A stretch of DNA of 64,000 nt from Octopus vulgaris (Eukaryota), in contig OX597828.1 of NCBI GenBank assembly GCA_951406725.2, positions 43,276,001 to 43,340,000 on the forward strand. The letters are read 5' to 3'. Position numbers and translations under genes: made by a program. Each line of letters starts with the position of its first letter. The first letter of the stretch is position 1. The notes beneath the pieces are model-generated. The model ran no database searches, was not told where the DNA came from, and saw only the letters and a list, made by a program, of their open reading frames with translations. Below are positions 14,569 through 29,159 of this stretch, piece after piece.

Positions 14569-14882
14569 ATTACTTTATTTTAAAGAACTCTGATGTGTAT
14601 AGATTCTTGAATTTGTCTCCATGCACTTTCGAAGGTGCGTTTCGGAAGTTGGTGGTGTAATACTTTCCTTCTGTGGATTTAGTTGGGTGACAAAGGCACC
14701 ACACAATTCTCTATGTTGTTGGTGTCTTTTGCGTATTGTTTGTAAAATTGAAGGTTCAGGAACATCAGTTTTCTAGAGTATTCGACAAAAGTTAATGACA
14801 GAGCAACAGGTAATTAAATATAAGTACATCATCGCTTTCTCTTTATATCTCCTTATTTTATATTTTTAGCAGAGATTGATAA

Positions 14883-14914
<32 letters not shown>

Positions 14915-15276
14915 ATAAATGTATATCTATATATATGTATATAGAGATGGATAGATAAATAAATAGGTAGATAGAAAGATAGATAGATAGTTAGAAAGAC
15001 AGATAACTAGCTAGATAGCTAGCTAGCTAGATAGAATAAGGTGGTTGTATGCATATACATACATTTATAAAATAACCGTGTATATATCTACATGTGGTGA
15101 CACCTTCTAAATATATTTCTTTCATTATTTTTTTGTTCTTCCGGTTCATCCATCCTTGTGCCTCCTTTCTTCCTCTTTCTCCCTCTCTATATACATATAA
15201 ATATATGTATATATTCTTTCTCTCTGACACATAAAACCCCACACATACACACACACACACATGCATATTTATACAT

Positions 15277-15388
<112 letters not shown>

Positions 15389-15804
15389 ATAAATATGCAT
15401 GTGTGTGTGTGTGTGTATGTGTGGGGTTTTATGTGTCAGAGAGAAAGAATAAGACGCGGAGAGGACGGTGTGAGAAGAGAAGAGTTTTGTAAATCTATAA
15501 TTGGCGAACTAGAACTGACGTCGTCTAATGATAGATAACAACAACAGTCTAATAGAAAGAGACACTAAGTGCCTAATGTAAGACACCGAATTTCTTTCAT
15601 TATTAGTTTAGACTAAAAATAATTTTGACATCCAGGCATTCCTATATATACGTACGTACGTACATACATACATACATACATACATACATACATACATACA
15701 TGCATACATACATACATACAGGTATATATATATATGCAGACATATATATATATAAATCTATACATATATATATATATATATACATGTGTATATTTATATA
15801 TCTA

Positions 15805-15844
<40 letters not shown>

Positions 15845-15848
15845 TACA

Positions 15849-15898
<50 letters not shown>

Positions 15899-16008
15899 CA
15901 CACTCGAATATATATATATATATATATACTTGTATATATATATATCTACATTCACAAATATGCATATGTATATATATAGATATATAAATATAATATATAT
16001 TTATATAC

Positions 16009-16041
<33 letters not shown>

Positions 16042-16160
16042 CATTCATATACATACACGTATGATAGAAAATTAAAACATACATACAGTCGTATATGTAG
16101 CTATATGTGAGTAAACATGTGCACCTATGTGTGAATTTATGTATGTCTCTGCATATGTAT

Positions 16161-16234
<74 letters not shown>

Positions 16235-16244
16235 GCACATACAG

Positions 16245-16450
16245 ATGTGGCGAGCTGGCAGGATGCTTAGGACACCGGATAAAAAGCTTAGCATCGTTTC
16301 CTCAGATTTTATGCTGGAAATTCAAATTCTGCCTCGATTGACTTTGCATTTCTTTGCTTTGTAGTCGAATAGATAATTTCTAGTTGAGACCTTGGGTTGG
16401 TATAATTAACTGACTAGATGCCTATCACAAACTTTCACGGCCCGTTTTTA
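16245..16450 (+). mobile_element. SINE family B, old copy
   Basis: ggcgagctggcagg...ttcaaattctgcc, degenerate match to 5170-5340. Confidence 0.6.
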
Positions 16451-16459
16451 TACTATATA

Positions 16460-16501
<42 letters not shown>

Positions 16502-16513
16502 CATATACATACA

Positions 16514-16571
<58 letters not shown>

Positions 16572-16607
16572 CACGTGATCATGTGATCTATATACATATA
16601 TACACAC

Positions 16608-16652
<45 letters not shown>

Positions 16653-17010
16653 CGAATATTCTTAGAAATATACATATATCTATACATACATGTATATGTA
16701 CACACACACACACACACACATATATATATCCTTATTTTCTAAATGATATTTAAGAGGGCATTAGTATTTGTAAGTTGGTATCGTTCAAGGGTACCTAGTG
16801 TATTATTATATCAATCTTAATTGGACTTTCGCTGGGGTTTTTAAAGCAGTATACAAAATGACCTTTGCGAATACGACGAAATATTTCTAAAATTCGTAAT
16901 GTCCGAATCGACACGCATATACCCAGTTACATTCCCAAACATATACATAAACAAAAACAATCATATTCATTCAAAAATGCATACACACAATGGTAGATAG
17001 ATGGGTTTAG

Positions 17011-17076
<66 letters not shown>

Positions 17077-17889
17077 GGAGAAAGCCAAATAGAATGATAT
17101 GTGGCACATGAATACGAATATTTGCCTGTATGGTAGTGTCTTGAATGTGTATGTGTGTGCTTGTCTATTATTTTTACAGACTTCTGATTGTGTGAGAGTG
17201 TCTGTGTGTGTGAGTGTGTACGTGCGTATGTCGCAGATACTGCGTAGAACTGAAGAAATTCCAGTACAATATTAGATCTGTCAATAGTGATTATCCAGAA
17301 TTCCTTTACCAAAATCCTTTCATAGCCCAAAAATACAATCTTACAGTGAAGGCATATCCAATTTTTGATAGATAAAAAGAACCAAATGTGTTTGTATGTG
17401 TATGCGTTTTTGTAAATATAACTCGTTGTTATTATGCAAAAGTTTCGTAAGTCGAAAACGTTGTTTCTTTCAGAAAACGAAAAAAAATGCTTTCACCATT
17501 CCATTTCGTTTTACATTAACAACAGCCTCAGTTTTAAAATAATACTTTGTTGGGTGCATAAAGTCGTATCGTAACTCCATGCATGTATGACATTTTCAGT
17601 TGGAAATGCTTTTGCAAAATTGTCGTATGTGGGGCTTACTACACTCTTGAAAAATGCTAAACCGTTCTATTACACTTTGACAAGTTTCATATCTCGGCAT
17701 CTGAAGCAGCTGGAGGTACGATAGTTTGAGCAAATGAACCGGCTATTGCAAACAGAATTAAATATTGAAAACAAAGCATTTGGTCAAATTTAGACATACG
17801 ACAGTTTAGCATAATAACAACGAACTGATTGTAGTCGCCCCGTTCGATTGCGAAGTCTTTATCTTTTTTATTCATATTCCCTAGATATA

Positions 17890-18140
17890 AGTACTAGTTA
17901 CGTACTGGGGTCGATATAATCGACTTGATCCGTTTGTCTGCCCTTGTTTGTATTCTCTGTGTTTCGCCCCTTGTGGGTAGTAAGGAAATAGGTATTTAGT
18001 CTGTCTTTACGTTCTAAGTTCAAATTCCGCCGAGGGCAATTTGCCTTTCATCATTTCGGGTCGATAAATTAAGTACCAGTTACGTACTGGTACGCCCTCC
18101 CACCAAAAAAATAAAAAATTCGGGCACTGTGCCTAGAATA
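17890..18140 (+). mobile_element. SINE family B, 3' part
   Basis: Homology to 5300-5555. Confidence 0.8.
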
Positions 18141-18280
18141 AAAAAATATTTCATAAGATTAAAGATTGCTGCGGTTTTGATAGTCTCTGGAATGTTGGTT
18201 CGGATACTGACTGTGTTGCAGGGGGAGGAGGTTGATGCTGTGAAGGTGGTTAAATATATATTCATATAGAAATGTACCAT

Positions 18281-18403
18281 AGGCGCAGGAGTAGCTGTGT
18301 GGTAAGAAGCATCACGACCAAATGGTTCTGGGTCCAGTCCCACTGCGTGGTACCTTCGACAGGTGTCTTTTCCTATGGCCTCGAGCTGACCAAAGTCTTG
18401 TGA
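18281..18403 (+). mobile_element. SINE family A, 5' part
   Basis: Homology to 7039-7165. Confidence 0.75.
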
Positions 18404-18446
<43 letters not shown>

Positions 18447-18448
<2 letters not shown>

Positions 18449-18750
18449 AAGGAAAAAGCAAAAGAGTCAAAAGGAGGAGTAAGTACGGTTAGGCAGCTTT
18501 TAAATCGCTACAAATTTTTCGATACATACAGATCCTCCTATGTACAGGATTTTAAAATTAAGTTTAAATTAAATTATGTAACGATATACCTGCATAAGAT
18601 CTATATGTATCTCCTCAGGCGATACTCAGTTGCTGCCTCCGTAAGTAAATTTAATTTAAGCTTAAATTTAATCCTGTATATACGAGGATCTGTATGTATC
18701 GACAAATTAGTAGCGATTAAAAAGCTGCCTAACCGCACCAACTCATCTTT
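18447..18750. repeat. HHR-bearing insert with diverged inverted copy
   Basis: About 18478-18575 is an imperfect reverse complement of 18646-18745; left edge is (TA)n. Confidence 0.75.
18504..18623 (-). ncRNA. Hammerhead motif with long stem II (helix III slightly degenerate)
   Basis: ATCGC CTGAGGA GATACATATAGATCTT ... AGGATCTGTATGTATC GAAA aattt GTA GCGAT. Confidence 0.7.
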
Positions 18751-18751
18751 T

Positions 18752-19075
18752 TCATGGTACTTAATTTATCGACACCGAAATGATGAAAGGTAAGGTGGAC
18801 CTCGGGGAATTTGAACTCAGAACGTAACGGCAGACGAAATACCTATTTCTTTACTACCCACAAAGGGCTACACACAGAGGGGATAAACAAGAACACACAA
18901 ACGGTTCAAGTCGATTACATCGACCCCAGTGCGTGACTGGTACTTATTTAATCGACCCCGAAAGGATGAGAGGCAAAGTCGACCTCGGCGGAATTTGAAC
19001 TCAGAACATTACGGCAGACGAAATACAGCTGAGCATTTCGCTCGGCGTGCTAACGTTTCTGCCAGCTGACGCCTT
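18752..19075 (-). mobile_element. SINE family B
   Basis: Reverse-complement homology to 5170-5500. Confidence 0.85.
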
Positions 19076-19085
19076 AGAATTACAA

Positions 19086-19138
<53 letters not shown>

Positions 19139-19160
19139 TGATGATGATAATAATAATAAT

Positions 19161-19241
<81 letters not shown>

Positions 19242-19694
19242 GATAAAGTAAAGATATAAATAAAGTAAAACAGAAAAGAGCGGGAAAAGAGAATGAAATT
19301 AGTAAGAAGGTAAAATAGCAGGTTACTTTAGTAAAGGTGCAATTTGCTTTACAAAGAGCAAAGCTAATGATTTCACTGGCAGCTATTGGAAAGAAAGAAG
19401 AATGAAACGGTGACTGGCCTTGTAATTAACTGCGTGGACACCTCCCAGTCGACATAGAGTCGCCTATTTAATTACTGTCTTCCAACATCTATCTTTCTTG
19501 CAGGTCGTCTGTCAAGTAGCTATACCAGTTAGTACGTACCCACAGAGAGTGTATATCTCTCTATTCCACTATTTGTCTGTATCGATGTACGTACACGTAT
19601 GCTTGTATATGCGCGTACGGATGTATACATGTTTGTATGCATGTATGTATTATATATATGTGTGTATGTGTGTGTTTATGCGTACATACATACA

Positions 19695-19733
<39 letters not shown>

Positions 19734-19931
19734 TTGAGTATATATATATATATAAATAAATGCATTTCCTCGAAAATGCGCATCGCATGAAAATGTATAT
19801 ATATATATGTGCATATGTACATGTGTATGTATGTGTGTATAAATACATATACACATTATATATACATATATTTACATAAACATATATAAATATATACATA
19901 TACACACATGTATATATATATATACATTATA

Positions 19932-19986
<55 letters not shown>

Positions 19987-19999
19987 GTAAATATGTAAG

Positions 20000-20045
<46 letters not shown>

Positions 20046-20132
20046 AGAGAGAGAGAGAGAGAGAGAGAGATGTGTAAGTATAAGCGTGTATATATATACA
20101 TGTATATAATTAATATATACATAACTATATTC

Positions 20133-20194
<62 letters not shown>

Positions 20195-20629
20195 GTATAT
20201 ATATACGTATATATATATGTATATATTTATATATATATATATATACGTACATATATATACATACGTACATATGCCAATTAGCGTATGAGGAAATTTATAT
20301 AATACGCCATCACAGAGCATCTGAACTAATTAATACTTTTGTAATATTACATATTATTTCTACCCTTTGTCTAAAACCTGAACTCAGAACTTGATCACAT
20401 CCTCCACACACAGACACATCCTGCTTCCCTTTCTCTCACCTTTATTTTGCTTCTCTTTCTTTGCATCTTTCCCTCTTTCTTTCTTTATTTCTTACTTTCT
20501 CGCTTTCTCTTGCACTTGTTTTATCGTTTTGTTGCGTTCAATCTAATACTACTATCTATATATTCCATTTTATCCTTCTCTTTATTCTACACTTCTCTCT
20601 TTCTCCCACTCTCCCCGCCTCCTTCATTC

Positions 20630-20800
20630 TCTCTCTCTTTCTTCCTCTCTCTCTTTCCCCTTTTTTCTCTCTCTTTCTTCCTCTCTCTCTTTCCCCTTTT
20701 TTCTCTCTCTTTCTTCCTCTCTCTCTTTCCCCTTTTTTCTCTCTCTTTCTTCCTCTCTCTCTTTCCCCTTTTTCTATCTCTTTCTTCCTCTCTCTCTCTA
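20630..20800. repeat. 36-bp pyrimidine minisatellite, about 4.5 copies
   Basis: Unit ctctctctttcttcctctctctctttcccctttttt (12-aa periodicity in ORF track). Confidence 0.85.
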
Positions 20801-21458
20801 TCCCCATCTCTTTGTGAGTATTTCCTTTATTTTGCCAAGATGTAAAATAAAAATGTACTTCTTCACACGTTCATTTGAGGTTAACTGTATTGGAAATATC
20901 AAACACATAAATCTATGTGGCTATTAGACATTTGAAATTACGTGGTATTAATGCAGCGGAAGTGGAGATTCAAAACACCGTGCTAGGAGCACAGGTGCTT
21001 TTCGCGATGCTCATATTACTAGTATCGAGAAATATTTTCAACTGGAGAATATTCGTCTTTTATATTAACTTGCTTTCGTGAGTAGACTGTGCCGTGCTGG
21101 GGCTCAACCTGGAATGTATTTTGCTTTAAGACTGGTTATTACTGTATCGTTCCGTTTTGCCGCACTGCTATGTTAAGAAAACAAACTACTACTGTTTGTC
21201 AAGCGTCGCTGGTGTTCAAACACAAGTACAATCACACACACACACGTATATGTTTACACGTATGTATGTATATATATATATATACACATACACACTACAT
21301 TATCAACGATGCAAAAACATCACAAAAATATCATCGTTCAGTTGTGATCCAGACTGGAATAAGAATTCTTATTCTGCTATGGATCACAACTACCTCTTCA
21401 ACAGAATAGAATAAGAGAAAATAAACAGAGGGAAAACGGAAAAAAAAAACTTGTGAAT

Positions 21459-21542
<84 letters not shown>

Positions 21543-21569
21543 ACATATATATATCTCCCCCTCTCTCTC

Positions 21570-21618
<49 letters not shown>

Positions 21619-22522
21619 GTACTTGGAGAAGAAGAAGAAGAACGGAACGAAACGAACGAATTGAATCGAATCGACGCGAGGGCGCTGTCAAACAATAGTG
21701 TAATAAATAAAATATATGCATACATACAAACATATATGTACGTACCTACATCTACATGTACATATACATGCATATATAAATATATACGTAAGTACAGGAC
21801 ACCACAACAAGACGTAGAACTCAACGAGAAACGAAAACGGAAAAACAAGCATGGAACAAACCATTTTTTTACAACATATATATATATATAAATTTATCAA
21901 CACAATTTACATCGAATATTTTTTTTGCTTATAAGTAAAGATTACAAAATATCTATTTTCAGAAATTGCATAATAATTTCGTTTCAGTCCTTTGGCAGTT
22001 TTGCTGATTTGGGCACGTTGGTAGAAAGCAGAAAAATACAAAAATAAACAAATCAATAATTATAGAAAAAAAAAAGAAGAAAGAAACATGCTTTGCATGC
22101 AAGCAGGGCGGTCAAAAACGTATATAAAAAAAGTAAATCTCTCTACGTTTGGAAATATAAAATATTACAAATGTTTTAAGTACTGTAGGTACTGAACCAA
22201 ACACATTTATAAACTTTATTTTATAATAAAATTTATAAATGTGTTTGGTTCAGCAAAAGGTGGCCTTTTAATTTTTTTTTTCAAATTTAACAGAGAGAAA
22301 GTGCTTTTTAGCTTTCGTGGTGAAATATTACTCCATATGTTAATACTGTTACAAAATAAAACGTTTTTGACAAATTGATACTCGACAAAAAAGCGTTTCA
22401 AAATTCAAGTCAGCAATACCTCTTGTTTGGTAGGTATGATGGAGAGAATGGCGACGGATAATTTGACAGAAATAAGTATGGCGGTTTTAATGAAATATAT
22501 ATATATGCATATGTATATATAT

Positions 22523-22723
22523 ATACTAATTAATTAAGGGTTCAGCAACGATTTGCCTCACCACATACCGAATTTAGAAATAGCAGTTAAAAAGTTTTGG
22601 CTATTCTTTCTACTTAAAAGGGCCCCTTTTAAGTAGAAAGAATAGCCAAAACTTTTTAACTGCTATTTCTAAATTCGGTATGTGGTGAGGCAAATCGTTG
22701 CTGAACCCTTAATTAATTAGTAT
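22523..22723. repeat. 201-bp palindrome: two 100-bp arms with a 1-nt centre (22623)
   Basis: Arms are exact reverse complements by eye. Confidence 0.92.
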
Positions 22724-22864
22724 TACTTAAACCTTCCTTGAATGGGTCTTTTACATACCGAACTCTACTTGGTGAAATTGATGATTATTTCTAAATTAAT
22801 TAATTAATTTTACCCTATATTATTGATATATATATATATATATATATAGTACACGCGCGCCTGT

Positions 22865-23066
22865 GTTATCGCAAAATACAAAAAGCTCGAGTTCCGCTGG
22901 GCAGGAAAAGTCGCAACGTTCACAGGCAATCGGTGGATCCGTGCATGTAGTGAATGGTATCCTGGAGACCGGAAACGGCCCCATTGAAAATCTATACAAC
23001 GATGGGAAGACGATGTAGTCAAGCAATTTAAGTCAAGATGGAAATAAAGGGCACCCTCACGATAGA
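22865..23066 (+). mobile_element. RTE-clade LINE C-terminal fragment (degenerate)
   Basis: Translates VIAKYKKLEFRWAGKVATFTGNRWIRACSEWYPGDRKRPH*KSIQRWEDDVVKQFKSRWK*, matching the RTE pattern RWAGHVAR..DNRW...EW.P...KR..GRP..RW.D. Confidence 0.75.
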
Positions 23067-23185
23067 AGGATGAAAGGCAAAGTCGACCTCGGCGGAATTT
23101 GAACTCAGAAAGCAGCGGCAGACGAAATACCGCTAAGCATTTCGCCCGGCGTGCTAACGATTCTGCCATTCTGCCAGCTCGCAGC
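23067..23185 (-). mobile_element. SINE family B, 5' part
   Basis: Homology to 5170-5290. Confidence 0.8.
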
Positions 23186-23347
23186 CTTCTTACCATATAG
23201 CTTCGTCCAAAGACACACGTGAACGTATTTAGTGTAATATCAGTTCATTTAAGTGGTGAGACATGCTTAACTGACCGGCGTTTTATAATGCAGACTGTAA
23301 GTTTCGATCACATTGCATGGTATTGTGAGCAAACGTCATTTCTTGGA

Positions 23348-23728
23348 TGGAAGCACTCCGTCGGTTACGACGACGAGGGTTCCGGTTGATCCGGTCAACG
23401 GAACAGCCTGCTCGTGAAATTAACGTGTAAGTGGCTGAGCACTCCACAGACACGTGTACCCTTAACGTAGTTCTCGGGGATATTCAGCGTGACACAGAGA
23501 GTGGCAATGCCGGCCCTTTGAAATACAGGTACAAGAGAAACAGGAAGTAAGAGTGAGAGAAAGTTGTGGTGAAAGAGTACAGGAGGGATCACCACCATCC
23601 CTGCCGGAGACTCGTGGAGCGTTAGGTGTTTTTCGCTCAATAAACACTCACAACGCCCGGTCTGGGAATCGAAACCGCTATCCTCCGACCGCGAGTCCGC
23701 TGCCCTAACCACTGGGCCATTGCGCCTC
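23348..23728 (-). mobile_element. tRNA-Arg-like SINE family C (resembles octopus OR-type SINEs)
   Basis: Head GAGGCGCAATGGCCCAGTGGTTAGGGCAGCGGAC-TCG-CGGTC...GGTTTCGATTCCC; tail shared with 39550-39720. Confidence 0.8.
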
Positions 23729-24727
23729 AGACGTCATTTCTTAGTGCGTTGACGGTCTGATAGATTATGCAAGAAATTCAATAGGCAAAAACTGTACAGC
23801 CGCCTATTGAAGTTGCATAGCCGTGTCTCACACCGTGCCACGTTGACTTCTGCTTGAATATTACGCTGAAGTTGCACACATGATAAGGTTAAGGATGATG
23901 CACAGACCTTAACATTGTAAGTGAATGAGAATGCTATTCTGTTGAACAAACAGTTGAATCCATATAGTTAAAAATGAGGAACCATGTGCATCGGAGGACG
24001 TGTGCCTCTGTATGTGTATGTTCGTGAATGAATGTATATTTGTGTGCGCGTTTGCGTGCATGTATGTGCGTGTGCGTACGTGTACGTGTGTACGTCTGTG
24101 TGTGTCTGTGTGTTTACACGAGAAATGTTGACAGTTGCGTTTTAGTTGCCATCCATATCCATCCATATACATGCATAATCTCATACATATGTAAAATGAA
24201 GGCTGACAATATTTTTCATAATTTTATGCCTTTATACGTACACGTGTATCGTGGAGTTAATTACACAATCGTAGAATTCATTACACACTTCTTCAGTATC
24301 TCAACAAAAACTGACAGTTGCCTTCGTCAAAAACAAAAAAAAAAGAAAAGAAAAAAGCAAAAACCGATAGGAATCACTCTCTAACATTCCTTTGTAATAT
24401 CAAGTGAAGAGGATAGTCTATTGACGTTTAGATATCGAGATATTCATAAATTAACATGTTGCTGCTTTTACATAAAAATATGCATAAATCCAAGATTAAA
24501 TGCACACACTCGCATCTAACAATCCATTCATTCATCCGTCCATACACACGCATATTCATATACACACTCGTACATACAAGCATACGTAAAAAGAAAGCGG
24601 TTAATATTTTTGATATTTTTATACGCGTTTCGTCAAGTTAATTACACACCTCTTCGGTATCTAAGCAAAAGTTGCGATCTAAATAACTTAACTCTTTGAC
24701 ACACACACACACACACACACATACACA

Positions 24728-24788
<61 letters not shown>

Positions 24789-26496
24789 ATGCAGACATAA
24801 ATATCAAATCATTTTTTGCTTCCATTTGATATATCACGTCACTCTTTTTCAGCATTTTATCACTTTTATCACATCCTTCGATGTAACGATTAAGATTTCT
24901 ATATTAGTAAATAGCTGTATATAAAAATATACACGGGTTTTAGTAGGGCTGACCTCTGAATCATAAACTTACAGGTTACGTGTCATGTACGGCAGCACAT
25001 TATTATTATCTAACTCACAAGCACACGCACACACAGCTAACATACATATGTATTATACCAATAGGTTGGATACTATATTGTATAAAAAGGGATCGTCAAT
25101 ATTTATCTAGTCTTATAGTCTTGTCCAGTCTTTGAGAGTTATATAATTATATTGGTTACCACATGGTATAAAAGTCTGTCATTATTTATTATACATGTTT
25201 CAACCATTCTTTCGCATCTGTTTTCTGATATTTTAAAATTAACGCCAATGGTAACACCTATGATAGTCACTGTAGCTAACATAACACAATATGATTGTTC
25301 ATCACAGGTTTCCAAGTATTATTTGAATTGTGAATTGAACAATATTATTTCATGATATGCTGCCAGTAACTTACAGATAAATTTACTAATATTCTGGCAT
25401 CTTAATATGTATCTTCGGCAGTTTTCTGAACGGAGACGAACTCCTATCTTCCTTATCTTACAACAAAATGCCCGGAAACTCTGCCTCCTGTATGTAATTG
25501 TATGGCTTGGAATTGTGATAGAAATCGGTCATGTTATGCTTACTATCACGAGCACAAATATTCCTATATTTCTTCCTTCCATCTTCATCGTGGATTTACT
25601 AAATCGTATCTTAAAAATCAACAAATATGCACAACTCTAACTTATTCTGCTCCATTCCCTTCAGTTCCTTCTTTATAGTTATCTTTTTCATTATTCTTTT
25701 CAAAAATATAATTCAGATTTTCCTCAACTCTCTCGTTCTCTTTCGTCCAAAAGAATGAATATAAATAAGCAGTATAAAATATAAGGAAAGAATGAAAAAG
25801 AAAAAAAGATAAGAAAGAAAAAAAAAAACGATTTTAATCCAATAAGCTGTTGATATGGCATTTTAACTGATGTACTCTTTGACCTTGGTATCTTCCCGGA
25901 TGTCGGGGCGACAGGCTCCTGTCTGGACGGTATCGTATCAGGCCTTAGCGCCCTCGGTATATTACCCCATCATACTTTGTCTATCCATCTCCTTTCCTCT
26001 TAAGCCGCCCACCCCTTCATTGCACCAGCAATAGCGAAATTTCATAGACATATGCATTAAATGGCTGTACATCCCTCCGCTTCGCACATGCTATCACTCT
26101 CATGTACGTCTCCAGTAAGCTAGACACTTAGACTTCCCCTACCGTACGGCAACCCCAGTCAATGTTCATATCTCATCAGACACCGTGACCCTTCTTCAGA
26201 AACACATGCATAGATTTGGTGTTGCACTCATTAGCGTATCGTTTGCACATTGCTATGCGTCGCATCATCTTGAAGGACAGGCGCCAAGATGTTAAAGAAC
26301 CTAAAAATAACAATAATAAAAAATACCATAAATCATATATATTCCCACACAGACACACACACACACACACATGCACACACAGGTATAGACATAAATACTC
26401 ATATAAAAACCTATATGATTCATATTTATATGTACGTATACATACATACACACACACAGATATATATATATATTATATATATATATATACAAATAC

Positions 26497-26528
<32 letters not shown>

Positions 26529-26637
26529 GAATGTATTATTATTTATATACATGTATAAATACACATGCATATATATATATATGTACATATATATATACAT
26601 CATATATATAAATATGTAAATACTTACATATATGTAA

Positions 26638-26682
<45 letters not shown>

Positions 26683-26769
26683 CTATATTTATATATATTT
26701 GTATATACATATATCCATACATACACATATATATGTATATATACAATGTACATATATATTTGTATATAA

Positions 26770-26817
<48 letters not shown>

Positions 26818-27303
26818 GCATATATATATATACATACATACAAATACAAATACACACACACGCACACACACATATATATATATACATATACACATTTTAT
26901 AATAGTTCCACGTTCCTATATATGTATGTATATATGTATATATGTATATACGTGTGTGCATGCGTATGCGTATAATACAGTGTTGCCTATGTCAACTGCT
27001 TATACTGTCGTTACATCAACGATTACCAAGCATGAAATTACAAGATCGCTGAATCCCCTTAACTGCCATTAACATCGCATCCACCGGTGTAACCCCAACC
27101 GGCAGCACAATTAACTTCAGAAAAAAAAAAGCGTAGAAGAAATTTGAGTCGTGAGTTAAAATTAAAAAGAAGAAATTCATTTAATATCTTAAAAGAATTA
27201 TTTTTACTAAAGCTATTTCATTATAATTGCACTTGAATGATGTTACATGCATGCATAGATACATACGTACGTATATATATATGTATATATATATGTGTGT
27301 ATG

Positions 27304-27395
<92 letters not shown>

Positions 27396-27396
27396 A

Positions 27397-27665
27397 AGGC
27401 ACATGGCCTATTGGTTGGAGCAGCGGATTCGTGATCGCGTGTTCGAATCTCAGACCAGGCGATGTACGTGTTTATGAGCGAAACACCTACGCTCCATGCG
27501 TCTCTGGTAGAAGGTAATGGCGACATTCTGCTGACTCTTTCGCCACAACATTCTCTCACTATTTCCTCCTGCATCTTGCAGCTCACCTGCGACGGACAGG
27601 CGTCACGTCCAGGTGGGGAACGTACGCACCAAGGAAACCGGGAAACCGGCCCTATACGCCACAAA
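27397..27665 (+). mobile_element. SINE with family C head and a different 3' tail
   Basis: 5' part matches the reverse complement of 23540-23728; 3' part (CTGCGACGGAC.GGCGTC.CGTCCAG.TGGGGAAC...GAAACCG.GAAACCGG) matches 3055-3120. Confidence 0.75.
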
Positions 27666-27776
27666 AGTAAAAAAGCATTAAGAAGATATATAATGTTATA
27701 GATGTATATATATATATATAAATATATATATGTATATAAATATATATGTATATATATATATATTTATTTATATATA

Positions 27777-27811
<35 letters not shown>

Positions 27812-28219
27812 CTCTCTCTTTACTCTTTTACTTGTTTCAGTCATTTGACTGCGGCCATGCTGGAGCACCGCCTTTTTAATCGAGCAGCTCGACCCCGGGA
27901 CTTATTCTTTTGTAAGCCCAGTACTTATTCTCTCGGTCTCTTTTTGCCGAACCGCTAAGTAACGGGGACATAAACACACCAGCATCGGTTGTCAAGCAAT
28001 GCTAGGGGGACAAACACAGACACACAAATACACACACACATATATATATATATATATACGACGGGCTTCTTTCAGTTTCCGTCTACCAAATCCACTCACA
28101 AGGCTTTGGTCGGCCCGAGGCTATAGTAGAAGACACTAACCCAAGGTGCCACGCAGTAGGACTGAACCCGGAACCATGTGGTTGGTAAACAAGCTACTTA
28201 CCACACAGCCACTCCTGCA

Positions 28220-28222
<3 letters not shown>
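27812..28222 (-). mobile_element. SINE family A
   Basis: Homology to 7039-7452. Confidence 0.9.
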
Positions 28223-28315
<93 letters not shown>

Positions 28316-28643
28316 TATATAAATATATATATATATACACACACAGAATAAAGCCAGATATGTATTATATCTTATAGCATCAAGATTTGAATGACGATAC
28401 GATAAAAAAGTGTAACTAAATATCTATTTTTATTTTGTTTTGTGTTCTATACTCCGTAAAATATTTGAATGTATATAAAACGAAAAGAAACAGCAATGTA
28501 CTAATTAAATTTCATACTTGATTGGAATTCGGATATGCACGGTTTTACAAGGAGTTCAAAGCACTTGTTAGCCAGAATGGTATTCGAAAAATGATAACTG
28601 TTGGAAATATCTGTCTTTTTATTTGGCCCGTCTCTCTCTCTCC

Positions 28644-28734
<91 letters not shown>

Positions 28735-28915
28735 TATATTTATTGATAGTAGTTCCCACATGTACAGTTCGATATACGAATGTGGTTGTGAGTTTAGAAC
28801 TTAACAATGATAAACCGTAAGTAGGAAATGAATGGCATAACCGGCATCTTCTATCAATTATACTTCCTTCATGATGTGTATGTATGTATATATATATATT
28901 TTTATATATATGTAC

Positions 28916-28983
<68 letters not shown>

Positions 28984-29159
28984 GTATATATATATATAAA
29001 TTAGAAAAATACCACCTTTTATCAATTTAAAATGAAAAATTAAATTACACCATCTAGAAAATTACATATAATAGAAATATTAAATATAAGATAAAAATGA
29101 TATACCGATGATTAAGTAATGTGCAAAATAATAAATAAAGCGTATATATTTGGTAGAGG

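Noticed and set aside
17687-17875. Signal-peptide-like ORF (MLCFQYLILFAIAGSFAQ...)
   Set aside because: Stops after about 30 codons, further stops downstream, no clear splice donor and no recognisable homology
25860-26180. Possible decayed RTE C-terminus on the minus strand (similar hint at 37580-37700)
   Set aside because: Similarity too weak to support without alignment
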